Of a stretch of DNA of 50,183 bases, positions 1-8,934 are shown piece after piece. Made by a program: the position numbers and the translations under genes. Source of the stretch: Opitutaceae bacterium (lineage in GTDB: Bacteria; Verrucomicrobiota; Verrucomicrobiia; Opitutales; Opitutaceae); NCBI GenBank assembly GCA_003140665.1, contig PLKS01000058.1, positions 1 through 50,183 on the forward strand, written 5' to 3'. Position 1 is the stretch's first letter. Each line of letters begins with the position of its first letter. The notes beneath the pieces were generated by a model. That model was given only the letters and a program-made list of their open reading frames with translations, had not been told where the DNA came from and made no database searches.

Positions 1-77
1 CAACGACAAACCAATGGGGATACTCCGCAAGCGAATCGAACACGCCGCAGATTAGGAACCCATTCCGCCCATGCAAA

Positions 78-519
78 ATGAATTGCCCACGTCCCCCGCC
101 CGCCTCCAACTCGGCGTCCGTGGACCGGTCGAACGTGAAATCCAAGCCGCAGCTCCTCGCATGGCTGCTGTGCGACGCCGTGCACATCGACCCGGGCACG
201 GGAAAGCACACCATCCTGGGGGTCTTCTCCAACATCATGGCGAAGCGGTTCCCCGTCGTGCATCCGCACATGGTCTGGTTCATGACGCTGACCGACGTCG
301 CGTCGGGACCCCATGTGATGAAGATCTCCATGGGCCTGGATCCCACCGACCCGAAGCCCCTGATCGAGCGCTCCGTTTGAATCCCAGGGCCCCCTCGCCC
401 GGATCAACCTGATCAATGAGATCCGCAACCTGAGCTTCCAGCGGCCGGGCGAGTATTCCATCCTGATCGAGATCGACGACGAACCCCTCCTTGTGACGAG
501 CCTCACGGTCGCCGAGTGA
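78..519 (+). pseudogene. Small conserved hypothetical protein (resembles the family I recall as DUF6941) with an interrupted reading frame
   Basis: ORF 78..380 (..LLAWLLCDAVHIDPGTGKHTILGVFSNI..FPVVHPHMVWFMTL..) ends at TGA 378-380. The +1 frame is open from 364 to TGA 517-519 and encodes a protein-like tail with no start codon (..GPLARINLINEIRNLSFQRPGEYSILIEIDDEPLLVTSLTVAE). This implies a 1-nt indel between 364 and 380. In-frame GTG 120 or 135 are alternative starts. Confidence 0.45.
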
Positions 520-526
520 CGCCGCG

Positions 527-1528
527 ATGAAGGAGACCGCGCCCGAGTTTGAGCTGGCCGGGATAGGCAACCCCATCGTGGACCTCGTGGCGCAGGTCCC
601 CGAGTCCTTCCTCTCCCATGTGCCCGGCGAAAAGGGGGGCATGGTCCTCGTGGACGACGCCGAGATGGCACGGATCATCTCGCTTCTCGATTCGCCCCCC
701 TCGCTCTCGACGGGCGGGTCGGCCGCAAACGCGACGTTCAACGCCGCCCGCCTGGGGCTGAGGACCACGTTCATAGGCAAGGTCGGGAACGACGACCTCG
801 CGCGAACCTACGTGGAGAGGTTCAGGGTGGCGGGCGTCGACGTGGGCCGGTTCAAGCATGGCTCCGTGAGCAACGCGCGCTGCCTGGCCCTCGTCACCCC
901 CGACGCCCAGCGGACGATGCGCACGAGCCTGGGGGCGGCGATGACCCTGTCGCCCGGGGAAATCTCGCCCGCGGATTTCCGCGGCGTCCGGCATGCGCAC
1001 ATCGAGGGCTACCTCGTGTTCAACCACGCGCTCTGCGAGGCGGTGCTCAATTCAGCCCGCGCCGCCGGGTGCACGATCAGCCTGGACCTCTCGTCGTTCG
1101 AGATCGTCAACGGTTCGCGCAACTGGATGTTCCAGCAGTTCGGCCGCGGGATCGACATCGTGTTTGCGAACGAGGACGAGATCCGGGCCCTCTATCCGGG
1201 CAGCGGCGGCGACTATGCGGCGCTCGCGCGCGGGCTCGCATCCCACCGGGTCATCGCAGCGGTCAAGATGGGCCGCGAGGGGGCGTGGATAGCCGAGGGA
1301 GACACGATCCAGAGGATCCCGCCGGTGCACGTCGCCGACGTGGTCGACACGAACGGCGCGGGCGACGCCTGGGCTGCGGGATTTCTTTTCGGCTATCTCC
1401 GGGGCCTCACGCCGGCGGCCAGCGGCGCACTCGCGTCCGTCATGGGCTCCGAGACCGTCCGCCACCTTGGCCCGATGATTCCTGATTCGGCATGGCCCGA
1501 CGTGAAGCGGCGGGGACTGGGGCGTTGA
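527..1528 (+). CDS. PfkB-family carbohydrate/nucleoside kinase (ribokinase/adenosine-kinase-like)
   Basis: 333-aa ORF with the C-terminal PfkB signature VVDTNGAGDAWAAGFLFGYL (DTxGAGD) and N-terminal GIGNPIVDL. The substrate cannot be assigned from sequence. Confidence 0.9.
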   Translation: MKETAPEFELAGIGNPIVDLVAQVPESFLSHVPGEKGGMVLVDDAEMARIISLLDSPPSLSTGGSAANATFNAARLGLRTTFIGKVGNDDLARTYVERFRVAGVDVGRFKHGSVSNARCLALVTPDAQRTMRTSLGAAMTLSPGEISPADFRGVRHAHIEGYLVFNHALCEAVLNSARAAGCTISLDLSSFEIVNGSRNWMFQQFGRGIDIVFANEDEIRALYPGSGGDYAALARGLASHRVIAAVKMGREGAWIAEGDTIQRIPPVHVADVVDTNGAGDAWAAGFLFGYLRGLTPAASGALASVMGSETVRHLGPMIPDSAWPDVKRRGLGR

Positions 1529-1651
1529 AATCCTGGGCTTCGGCTGCGAATGCCAGGGTATTGTCTGTGACAAATGGCTTGTATTCAATTGTTTGAAAAA
1601 ATCATGGCGAATTCATTCGACAGATTACTCTGTTGTATAGAGTACTCTGCA

Positions 1652-2227
1652 ATGAACATTTCGCCGGATGAAGCAGCGAAGGCGCTGCAGGAAATTGAAA
1701 CGTCGCGCGAGGCCATGCGCCGCGCGATCCGAACCCACCGGGGACATGTCTATCTCTGGATCTGGGGTGGCGCATGGGTTGCCATGTCCCTGGTGAACTG
1801 GGCGTACGACCAAGGTGCCCTTCGCGCGAACTTCTGGATCTCGGGAGCGGGCCTTGTCGCCACCCTCCTGATCGGGTATGTCCAGGGCCGGCAGATTCGA
1901 AGCAAGGTGGACCGGCGCTTCATCGGGGTTTGCGCCACCCTTCTCATGTTCGGCTATTTCGTCTGGCCCCTTCTCCTTGGCGACCTGCGCTCCTATGATT
2001 TCCACTCGTACAAGGCGGCCTACGCCTACTTCACCGTGCTCTGGATGCAGCTCTACATGGTCGCGGGAATCTGGTTTGCCAATTTCTGGTTCTGGATCGG
2101 CCTCGCGGTGACCGCGCTCACCGTCGCGACATTGCTGCTCCTGCCCGCGTTGTTCTGGGCCGTGACGCTCCTGCTGGGCCTCGTGCTCCTCGGCAGCGGA
2201 TTCTATGTCCGCTATGGATGGCGGTAA
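1652..2227 (+). CDS. Polytopic membrane protein, unknown function (first gene of the regulator/ABC module)
   Basis: The track ORF is 1574..2227. I prefer ATG 1652 (MNISPDEAAK..) because 1529-1651 is AT-rich and looks non-coding. The soluble N-terminus is followed by 4-5 hydrophobic helices (YLWIWGGAWVAMSLV, ISGAGLVATLLIGYV, IGVCATLLMFGYFVWPLLL, WFWIGLAVTALTVATLLLL). It ends 6 nt before the regulator gene. Confidence 0.7.
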   Translation: MNISPDEAAKALQEIETSREAMRRAIRTHRGHVYLWIWGGAWVAMSLVNWAYDQGALRANFWISGAGLVATLLIGYVQGRQIRSKVDRRFIGVCATLLMFGYFVWPLLLGDLRSYDFHSYKAAYAYFTVLWMQLYMVAGIWFANFWFWIGLAVTALTVATLLLLPALFWAVTLLLGLVLLGSGFYVRYGWR

Positions 2228-2233
2228 TCCGGC

Positions 2234-2527
2234 ATGAACGAGCTCGATCCCATCATCCACCAGCCGGCCCGGCTCCAGATCATGTCGGCGCTCTGCCAGC
2301 TGGGCGCGCGGGCACGGGTGGACTTCAGCTACCTGAAGGACAACCTGGGCCTCACCGACGGCAACCTCGGGGCGCACCTGGCGACGCTCGAGGCCAGGGG
2401 ATACATCACGCTTGAAAAGGAGTTCGTCGCCCGCAGGCCGAAGACCTTTGTCGCCGTGACGCCCGCCGGTCGCCTGGCGTTCGCCGGCCACGTCGCGGCG
2501 CTGCAGTCCATCCTCCAGCCAAGATGA
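2234..2527 (+). CDS. Winged-helix (ArsR/MarR-like) transcriptional regulator
   Basis: 97 aa; IHQPARLQIMSAL..LKDNLGLTDGNLGAHLATLEARGYITLEKEF is a typical small wHTH regulator layout. Its stop overlaps the next start (ATGA 2524-2527). Confidence 0.8.
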   Translation: MNELDPIIHQPARLQIMSALCQLGARARVDFSYLKDNLGLTDGNLGAHLATLEARGYITLEKEFVARRPKTFVAVTPAGRLAFAGHVAALQSILQPR

Positions 2528-3459
2528 TCCCGCAATCCCCCCTCGTTTCAGCGAAAGGCGTCGTGAAGCGCTTCGGCTCGCTCGCGGCCCTGGACGGCGT
2601 GTCGCTCGACATCGCGCCCGGGGAGTTCTTCGGCCTGCTTGGCCCCAACGGCGCCGGGAAATCGACCTTCATGTCGCTCATCGCCGGCCTGCGGCCCCTC
2701 GACGGCGGCACGCTCACCGTCGACGGGGCCGGCGTGGCCGCGGGCTCGGCGAAGGCGCGCCGCTCGCTCGGCCTGGTCCCCCAGCACATCGCCCTCTACG
2801 AGGACCTGAGCGCCGAGCGGAATCTCCGGATCTTCGGCGAACTCTACGGGCTGCGCGGCTCCGGGCTCGGGCGGCGGATCGACCATGTGCTCGACGCGGT
2901 GCAGCTTGCCGACCGCAGGAAGGACCTGGTCAAGGAGTTCTCCGGCGGGATGCAGCGGCGCCTCAACCTGGCCGCGGCGCTCCTTCACGAGCCCCGTCTG
3001 CTGCTCTGCGACGAGCCGACAGTCGGCGTCGACCCGCAGTCGCGCAACGCGATCTTTGACTTCCTCCAGGAGCTCAATCGAGGGGGGATGACGATCATCT
3101 ATTCGACGCACTACATGGAGGAGGCGACCCGGCTTTGCTCGCGGATCGGCATCATCGACCGCGGGAAGATCCTGGCGCTCGGCACGATCGACAGCCTCAT
3201 CGAGCAGCTTCCGTTCGAGGAGGAGATCCGCTTCCCCTCCTCGCCGGCGACGGCGGCCATCCTGGGGGACCTCGCGGCGATCGGGGAGCTGGCGATCGTG
3301 GACGGCGTGCACCGTTTCCGGCCGAGGCAGGGCTATCCCATGAGCGCGTTCTACACCCTCACCGAGGCCCACGCCCTTCCGCCGCGCCTATTCACAAGCC
3401 AGCGGCCCACCCTCGAGTCCGTGTTTCTCCAGCTCACGGGCCGCGTCCTTCGCGAATGA
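2524..3459 (+). CDS. ABC transporter ATP-binding protein (ABC-2/DrrA-like exporter)
   Basis: Walker A GPNGAGKST, ABC signature FSGGMQRRL, Walker B LLLCDEPTVGVD, H-loop STHYMEE. Confidence 0.95.
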   Translation: MIPQSPLVSAKGVVKRFGSLAALDGVSLDIAPGEFFGLLGPNGAGKSTFMSLIAGLRPLDGGTLTVDGAGVAAGSAKARRSLGLVPQHIALYEDLSAERNLRIFGELYGLRGSGLGRRIDHVLDAVQLADRRKDLVKEFSGGMQRRLNLAAALLHEPRLLLCDEPTVGVDPQSRNAIFDFLQELNRGGMTIIYSTHYMEEATRLCSRIGIIDRGKILALGTIDSLIEQLPFEEEIRFPSSPATAAILGDLAAIGELAIVDGVHRFRPRQGYPMSAFYTLTEAHALPPRLFTSQRPTLESVFLQLTGRVLRE

Positions 3460-3460
3460 C

Positions 3461-4813
3461 ATGAATCCCATCCTCGTTCTCCTTCGCAAGGACTTTGCCC
3501 TGTTCTTCCGGGACAAGGCGTCGATCTCGCTGACGTTTCTCGTCCCGTTCGCCCTGATCTACCTCCTGGGCCAGATATTCCACGTGAACTCCTCCAGTCC
3601 CGGACCGGCCGGGATACCGGTCGCGGTCGTCAACCAAAGCGACAATCCCGCCGCCGCGCGCCTTGTGGACGCGCTCAAGGCCGAGAAAACGTTCAAGGTG
3701 CTGACCAAATTCGTCAACCCCGACAAGACAACGCGGCCGCTCACCGAGGAGGACCTGCGTCCGCTCATGCGCGCGGATGACTTCAGGTTCGCCCTCGTGA
3801 TACCGAGGGACGTCATCCGGACCGACAGCATCGGGATCCACCTCAAGACCTACTCGAACCCCCGGAACGAGATCGAAGCCCAGATGGTGAGCGGCATCCT
3901 GCAGAAGGACCTTTTTTCCAAGGTGCCCGAGCTCCTGGGCCAGTCGCTGCAGGCGCGGGCGCGAGCCTATCTCGGGGACCCCCGCCTCGACCGTTTCAAT
4001 TCATCCCTGGCAACCGCCGTTTCCGATGCGTTCGGAGGCGACGAAGCCAGGATCAAGAGTCGCCTGGAGAACGGCGACCTGGGATTGGGCCGGGTCGGCG
4101 ACAGCGATACGCCCCCTGCCGCGGGCGCGGCGGCGACGGACACCCCGGATGTGTTCTCAAGGATCGTAAAGGTCGACAATGTCCAGGTGGCGGGCAGGGA
4201 CGTGAAGTCCCCCGAGGCGACCCTCCTGGTCGGCGGCTGGGCGATGCAGTTCCTGCTGTTCGCCGTCACGGCGTCGGCCACCGCGCTGTTCCGGGAAAAG
4301 GAACACGGGATCTTCCAGCGCGTGCTGTCGGCCCCGGTGACCCGCGGCGACATCCTCTGGAGCAAGTTTCTCTACGGGATCTGCCTTGGCCTTCTGCAGC
4401 TCATGACCCTCTTCCTTGCCGGCCACCTCCTCTACGGGATCGAGATCGGCGGCCACCTTGGGCTTCTCGTCGTCGTGTGCGTGTTCGCGGCGGCGGCCTG
4501 CACCTCGTTCGGGATGCTGATCGCCGCCATTTCCCCCACCCAGGAATCGGCGCGGGGGCTATCGACCTTCGTGATCCTGCTCATGTCCGCGATCGGCGGG
4601 GCCTGGTTTCCCGTCAGCCTCATGCCCGAGGTCATCCAGCGGTTCAGCAAGCTCACCCTCGTGTACTGGTCGATGGAGGGATTCAGCCAGGTGCTCTGGT
4701 CCCACGACACCCTTGTCGAGCTCCTTCCCACGCTGGGATATCTCTCGCTCATAACCGCCATCGTGATGGGCGTCTCCGTGTGGCGGTTCAACAGGGGCAG
4801 GATCTTCGACTGA
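3461..4813 (+). CDS. ABC-2 family transporter permease
   Basis: 450 aa with an N-terminal TM, a roughly 230-residue extracytoplasmic loop and five C-terminal TMs (ABC-2 membrane architecture). It starts 2 nt after the ATPase stop. Confidence 0.9.
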   Translation: MNPILVLLRKDFALFFRDKASISLTFLVPFALIYLLGQIFHVNSSSPGPAGIPVAVVNQSDNPAAARLVDALKAEKTFKVLTKFVNPDKTTRPLTEEDLRPLMRADDFRFALVIPRDVIRTDSIGIHLKTYSNPRNEIEAQMVSGILQKDLFSKVPELLGQSLQARARAYLGDPRLDRFNSSLATAVSDAFGGDEARIKSRLENGDLGLGRVGDSDTPPAAGAAATDTPDVFSRIVKVDNVQVAGRDVKSPEATLLVGGWAMQFLLFAVTASATALFREKEHGIFQRVLSAPVTRGDILWSKFLYGICLGLLQLMTLFLAGHLLYGIEIGGHLGLLVVVCVFAAAACTSFGMLIAAISPTQESARGLSTFVILLMSAIGGAWFPVSLMPEVIQRFSKLTLVYWSMEGFSQVLWSHDTLVELLPTLGYLSLITAIVMGVSVWRFNRGRIFD

Positions 4814-4877
4814 CGGGCGCGGCCCTCACATTTCCTTTGCTGAAGCGCTTTGCGGGGGCGACAGTGGGCGGCTTCCG

Positions 4878-6152
4878 ATGTCCGAGGACCTTGCAACGCT
4901 GATCACCTCCATGGCCGCGCGCGCCCGCGCGGCCTCGCTGGCGCTCGCGGTCTCCCCTACTCGGGCGAGGAACGCGGCGCTCGTGGACCTCGCGGGGCGG
5001 ATCGACCGCTCCCATGGCGCCCTGACCGCCGCCAACCGGCTCGATCTCGCCGCCGCGCAGGAAAACGGGCTTTCCGCGGCGCAGGTCGACCGCCTCACCC
5101 TGACGCCGGCCCGGCTCACGCAGCTCGCGGAATCCGTGCGCCAGGTGGCGGCGCTTCCCGACCCGCTCGGCGAGGTCCTCGACGAGTCGACCCGGCCGAA
5201 CGGCCTCAGGCTTCGCAAGGTGCGGGTCCCCATCGGGGTCATAGGCATCATCTACGAGGCCCGGCCGAACGTCACCGTGGACTGCGCGGTCCTTTGCCTC
5301 AAGAGCGGCAACGCGTCGATCCTGCGGGGCGGCCGGGAAAGCTTCGAGTCCAACCGGGCCCTCGCCGCGCTGATCTCGGAGTCGATAGCCTCCGCCGGGC
5401 TCCCCGGAGACTGCGTGCAGCTGATCCCGACGACGGACCGGGCCGCGCTGGACATCCTGCTTAGGCTCGACTCCCACATCCACTGCATCATCCCGCGCGG
5501 GGGCGAGGGCCTCATCCGGTTCGTGGCCGAGAACAGCACGATCCCGGTCATAAAGCACTTCACCGGCGTGTGCTTCGTGTACGTGGACAAGGCGGCGGAT
5601 GCCGCCATGGCGGAGTCGATTGTAGTGAACGCCAAGACCCAGCGTCCGGGCGTGTGCAACGCGGCCGAGCAGCTTCTCCTCCACGCGGGCGTCGCGGGCG
5701 CCCTCCTCCCCCGGGTGGGAGCCGCGCTCGCCGCCAAGGGCGTGCGGCTCCGGTGCGACGCGGCGTCGGCCGCGATCCTGGCGGCCGCCGGAATCGCCCA
5801 TGAGCCGGCCTCGATGGGGGACTTCACGGCGGAATTCCTCGACCTGGTGGTCGCAATCCGGGTGGTGGCCTCGGTCGACGAGGCCATCGCGACGATCAAC
5901 CGGGATGGGTCCGCGCACAGCGACGCGATCGTCACCGCCGACGAGGCCGCCGCGGCGGCGTTCCTCGCGGGGGTCGACAGCGCCGCGGTGTTCTGGAACG
6001 CGAGCACTCGCTTCAACGACGGGTTTGAGTTCGGGTTCGGCGCGGAGATCGGGGTCAGCACCGACCGTCTCCACGCGCGCGGGCCCATGGGGCTGCGCGA
6101 ACTCTGCAGCTACAAGTGGCTCGTGACCGGCACGGGACAGGTCAGGGAATAG
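4878..6152 (+). CDS. proA: Glutamate-5-semialdehyde dehydrogenase (gamma-glutamyl phosphate reductase)
   Basis: 424 aa. End-to-end resemblance to ProA: IGVIGIIYEARPNVTVD, NAKTQRPGVCNAAE (catalytic Cys), ASTRFNDGFEFGFGAEIGVST..LHARGPMGL. Confidence 0.95.
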   Translation: MSEDLATLITSMAARARAASLALAVSPTRARNAALVDLAGRIDRSHGALTAANRLDLAAAQENGLSAAQVDRLTLTPARLTQLAESVRQVAALPDPLGEVLDESTRPNGLRLRKVRVPIGVIGIIYEARPNVTVDCAVLCLKSGNASILRGGRESFESNRALAALISESIASAGLPGDCVQLIPTTDRAALDILLRLDSHIHCIIPRGGEGLIRFVAENSTIPVIKHFTGVCFVYVDKAADAAMAESIVVNAKTQRPGVCNAAEQLLLHAGVAGALLPRVGAALAAKGVRLRCDAASAAILAAAGIAHEPASMGDFTAEFLDLVVAIRVVASVDEAIATINRDGSAHSDAIVTADEAAAAAFLAGVDSAAVFWNASTRFNDGFEFGFGAEIGVSTDRLHARGPMGLRELCSYKWLVTGTGQVRE

Positions 6153-6234
6153 CGCGGTCGGCCCGGGCTAGGTCCCTTCAAGGATAGGGTTTGCTTGGAA
6201 CCTTAACCCGCGCTAGGTTTCTCCACAGGAAGTC

Positions 6235-6924
6235 ATGTTGAACCGCGCCTCAAAGATGCTCCTCGCCGTCATGGCGGCCGCCGCGCCCGCCGCGGCCCAG
6301 AACCCACCCGCTCCCCCGCCCGCGACGGTCGACCAGGCACCCGCGGCGGCGCCCGGTTCGGCGGAAAACGCCGTGCTCGCCGCCAAGGCCCCGACGCCCG
6401 TCCCGGCGCAGGCCGCCGAGCCGGACGACTCCGGCAGGCCCGTCTCGTCGCGGATCGCCGCCGACATCAACTCGGGAATGCCCAGGTACAGCCCGCCGAC
6501 ACCCACGCCCGTGGCCCCGCCCGACGCCGCCACCGACCTGCGCGACATCGACAAGCCCAAGAACGAGATTCCGCGCCTGCCCAAGTACGTGGTCCGCGAG
6601 ACCAGGCCCCTCGTTTTTCGCAACCGCGATCTCTACACGGCCGACGGGCTCGTGAACCTGTCCTTCAAGAATCATCCCGGCCTGGGCTTTGGCAACCTTC
6701 TGGGGCTCAATTCGAAGATCGCCTACGAGATGTACCTGGATGAGGAGCGCCAGGCGAGCATCGACGATCTCAGCGACACGGCCCGCGCGATGGCCGCCGG
6801 GGGCGACTCCGCCGAGAGCAAGTACATCCTCAAGGAGAGCCAGGAGACCTACCTTCGACCCATCGAGGAGACGTGGGGGGGGCCCGGGGGCAACGGAGGA
6901 TTTTCGGGGGGCGGGGGTCGGTGA
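6235..6924 (+). CDS. Secreted hypothetical protein (Ala/Pro-rich N-terminal region, Gly-rich C-terminus)
   Basis: Signal-peptide-like MLLAVMAAAAPAAAQ, then a low-complexity P/A linker, then a compositionally normal domain (RLPKYVVRETRPLVFRNRDLYTADGLVNLSFKNHPGLGFGNLLGL..) ending GGPGGNGGFSGGGGR. I recognise no family. Confidence 0.65.
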   Translation: MLNRASKMLLAVMAAAAPAAAQNPPAPPPATVDQAPAAAPGSAENAVLAAKAPTPVPAQAAEPDDSGRPVSSRIAADINSGMPRYSPPTPTPVAPPDAATDLRDIDKPKNEIPRLPKYVVRETRPLVFRNRDLYTADGLVNLSFKNHPGLGFGNLLGLNSKIAYEMYLDEERQASIDDLSDTARAMAAGGDSAESKYILKESQETYLRPIEETWGGPGGNGGFSGGGGR

Positions 6925-7904
6925 CCGAGACGCTGATCCTGCGGGAATTGCTTGCAGCCGAGCCGGGCTGGGTTTCGGGCGGGGCGATTGCCTCCAAGCT
7001 CGGCGTCAGCCGCGTCTCGATCTGGCACCAGATGGAGAAGCTGCGGGCCCAGGGATTCGGCTTCGAGGCGATGCCCGCGCGCGGCTACCGGCTTTCGAGG
7101 CGCCCCAGGATGCTTCACGCCGGCCTGGTCGAGGCCCAGCTGAAGGTCCGCAGGAAGGGATTCACGTTCGCGATCCTGGACGAGGTCGACAGCACGAACG
7201 ACGAGGCCGCCCGGCAGCTCGCGGCCGGTCGGCCCGCGCCGTTCGCCGTTTTCGCGCAGAAGCAGACGCGGGGGCGGGGCCGCTTCGGCCGGGTCTGGCA
7301 CAGCGAGGCGAACGGCAACCTGTATTCGAGCTTCGCGTTCCGCCCCAGGATCGCGCCCGAGAGGATGCAGACCTTCACCCTTTGGATGGGGGTCACGATC
7401 TGCGAGCTCGTCTCGAAGTTCGTGCCCGTGGCTCCCGGGATAAAGTGGCCGAACGACATTGTCTTCAACGGCCGGAAGGCCGGCGGGATTCTGACCGAGG
7501 CGCGGGTGGACGCGGACCAGATACGCGACCTGGTCCTCGGGCTGGGTCTCAACGTGAACAGCCCGCCGGACGAATGGCCGGCCGACCTCGCGAAGAGCGC
7601 GGTCTCGCTCTCGGAGCTGGCGGGCGCGCCCGTCGACCTGAACCGTCTCACGGCCGCGCTGATCGGGCGCGTCCTGCTGGCCTATGAGCGGTTCATCGAG
7701 GGGGACCACGTCGACTCGTTCGCGGAGCTCTGGAACAGGCACGACGCGCTCCGGGGGCGCGACGTGACCGTGACGGCGGCCGGCCGAAAGCGGCGCGGAA
7801 GGGTCCTCGGCGTCGACGACGTCGGCTCGCTGCTCCTTCGCGGGGAGAACGGCCAGACGCGCGCATACCGCGCCGTCGAGGTCACGGTCGACAAGGGCGG
7901 CTGA
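6921..7904 (+). CDS. birA: Bifunctional biotin--[acetyl-CoA-carboxylase] ligase / biotin operon repressor
   Basis: N-terminal wHTH (IASKLGVSRVSIWHQMEKLRAQG), biotin-binding loop GRGRFGRVWHS, KWPNDI..GGILTE. GTG 6921 overlaps the upstream stop (GTGA 6921-6924). The track start at 6873 would overlap the upstream gene by 52 nt. Confidence 0.9.
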   Translation: MTETLILRELLAAEPGWVSGGAIASKLGVSRVSIWHQMEKLRAQGFGFEAMPARGYRLSRRPRMLHAGLVEAQLKVRRKGFTFAILDEVDSTNDEAARQLAAGRPAPFAVFAQKQTRGRGRFGRVWHSEANGNLYSSFAFRPRIAPERMQTFTLWMGVTICELVSKFVPVAPGIKWPNDIVFNGRKAGGILTEARVDADQIRDLVLGLGLNVNSPPDEWPADLAKSAVSLSELAGAPVDLNRLTAALIGRVLLAYERFIEGDHVDSFAELWNRHDALRGRDVTVTAAGRKRRGRVLGVDDVGSLLLRGENGQTRAYRAVEVTVDKGG

Positions 7905-7929
7905 GGCCGCCTTCGAACCCAAGACGGGC

Positions 7930-8934
7930 ATGCCTGAAACCCCCGAGCAGCCGGCCATCGAAGTGTCCCACCTGGTGAAGACCTACGCGGGAGTGACGGC
8001 GGTCAACGACATCAGCTTCACGGTCCCCCGCGGGGAGATCATCGGGTTCCTCGGGCCCAACGGCGCCGGCAAGTCGACGACGATGCGGATCCTGACGGGA
8101 TACCTTCCCGCGACCTCCGGCAAGGTCTCGATCTGCGGGTTCCGGGTCTCCGACGAGCCCGACGCCGTCAAGCGGCGGATCGGCTACATGCCCGAGAACA
8201 ACCCCCTGCCCGAGGACATGCGCGTGAGCGAATACCTTTATTTCCGGGGCAGGCTCAAGGAGGTCCCGCGCCGCAAGCTGGGCTCCAGGATAGACGAGGT
8301 CCTCGAGCTGTGCGATCTGAAGCGGGTCCGCCACAAGATCATCGGCAAGCTCTCGAAGGGCTTCCGGCAGCGTGTCGGCATCGCGGAGTCCGTGCTCGCG
8401 GAGCCGCCCGTCATCATCATGGACGAGCCCACGATAGGCCTCGACCCGCACCAGATCCTGATCGTCCGCGACCTGATCGCCAGCCTGCGCGGCCGGATGA
8501 CCGTGCTCATCTCGAGCCACATCCTTCCCGAGATCGAGATGACGTGCGACCGGGTGCTGATCATCAACCAGGGCAGGATCGTCGCCCAGGGTACGCCCGC
8601 CGAGCTCCGGCGCGAGGTCCTGGGGCAGTCGGCCTACGAGATCGACGCCGCGGGGCCGATGGGGTCGCTGCCATTCGTCCTGGGCTCGATCGTCCCCGGG
8701 CTGTCCGTCGCGTCCGAGGGACCGCCGGACGACCTGGGCTTCCGGAAGATCAAGCTCAAGACCATCAGCGACGAGGACGCGGGCGAGGCGATCCTGCGCG
8801 CGTGCCTGTCCGAGGGACTGCGCGTCCGCGCGCTCAGCCGGGCGCGACCGACCCTGGAGGACGTGTTCCTGGCGGCGACGCGAAGGAGCTGGGACGCGGT
8901 GGCGGAGGACCCGAAGGACCGGGGGCGCTCATGA
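7930..8934 (+). CDS. ABC transporter ATP-binding protein, GldA-like
   Basis: Walker A GPNGAGKSTT, signature LSKGFRQRVG, Walker B VIIMDEPTIGLD, followed by a roughly 100-aa C-terminal accessory domain. Confidence 0.9.
   Translation: MPETPEQPAIEVSHLVKTYAGVTAVNDISFTVPRGEIIGFLGPNGAGKSTTMRILTGYLPATSGKVSICGFRVSDEPDAVKRRIGYMPENNPLPEDMRVSEYLYFRGRLKEVPRRKLGSRIDEVLELCDLKRVRHKIIGKLSKGFRQRVGIAESVLAEPPVIIMDEPTIGLDPHQILIVRDLIASLRGRMTVLISSHILPEIEMTCDRVLIINQGRIVAQGTPAELRREVLGQSAYEIDAAGPMGSLPFVLGSIVPGLSVASEGPPDDLGFRKIKLKTISDEDAGEAILRACLSEGLRVRALSRARPTLEDVFLAATRRSWDAVAEDPKDRGRS

Noticed and set aside
372-381. Possibility that the frame break in the first gene (GTT TGA A) is a programmed +1 frameshift like that of prfB.
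   Set aside because: There is no SD-like stimulator upstream (..ATCGAGCGCTCC..). The P-site codon GTT cannot re-pair in the +1 frame (TTT) the way CTT/TTT does for tRNA-Leu. An indel or pseudogene is the simpler explanation.
4788-6088. Antisense ORFs 4788..6074 (428 aa) and 5252..6088 (278 aa) opposite proA. Similar cases are 8634..9779, 9652..11265, 11948..13171, 35030..36226 and 36260..37180.
   Set aside because: Each lies opposite a gene with a full-length family match, and the products are low-complexity Arg/Gly/Pro-rich. They are not supported as coding.
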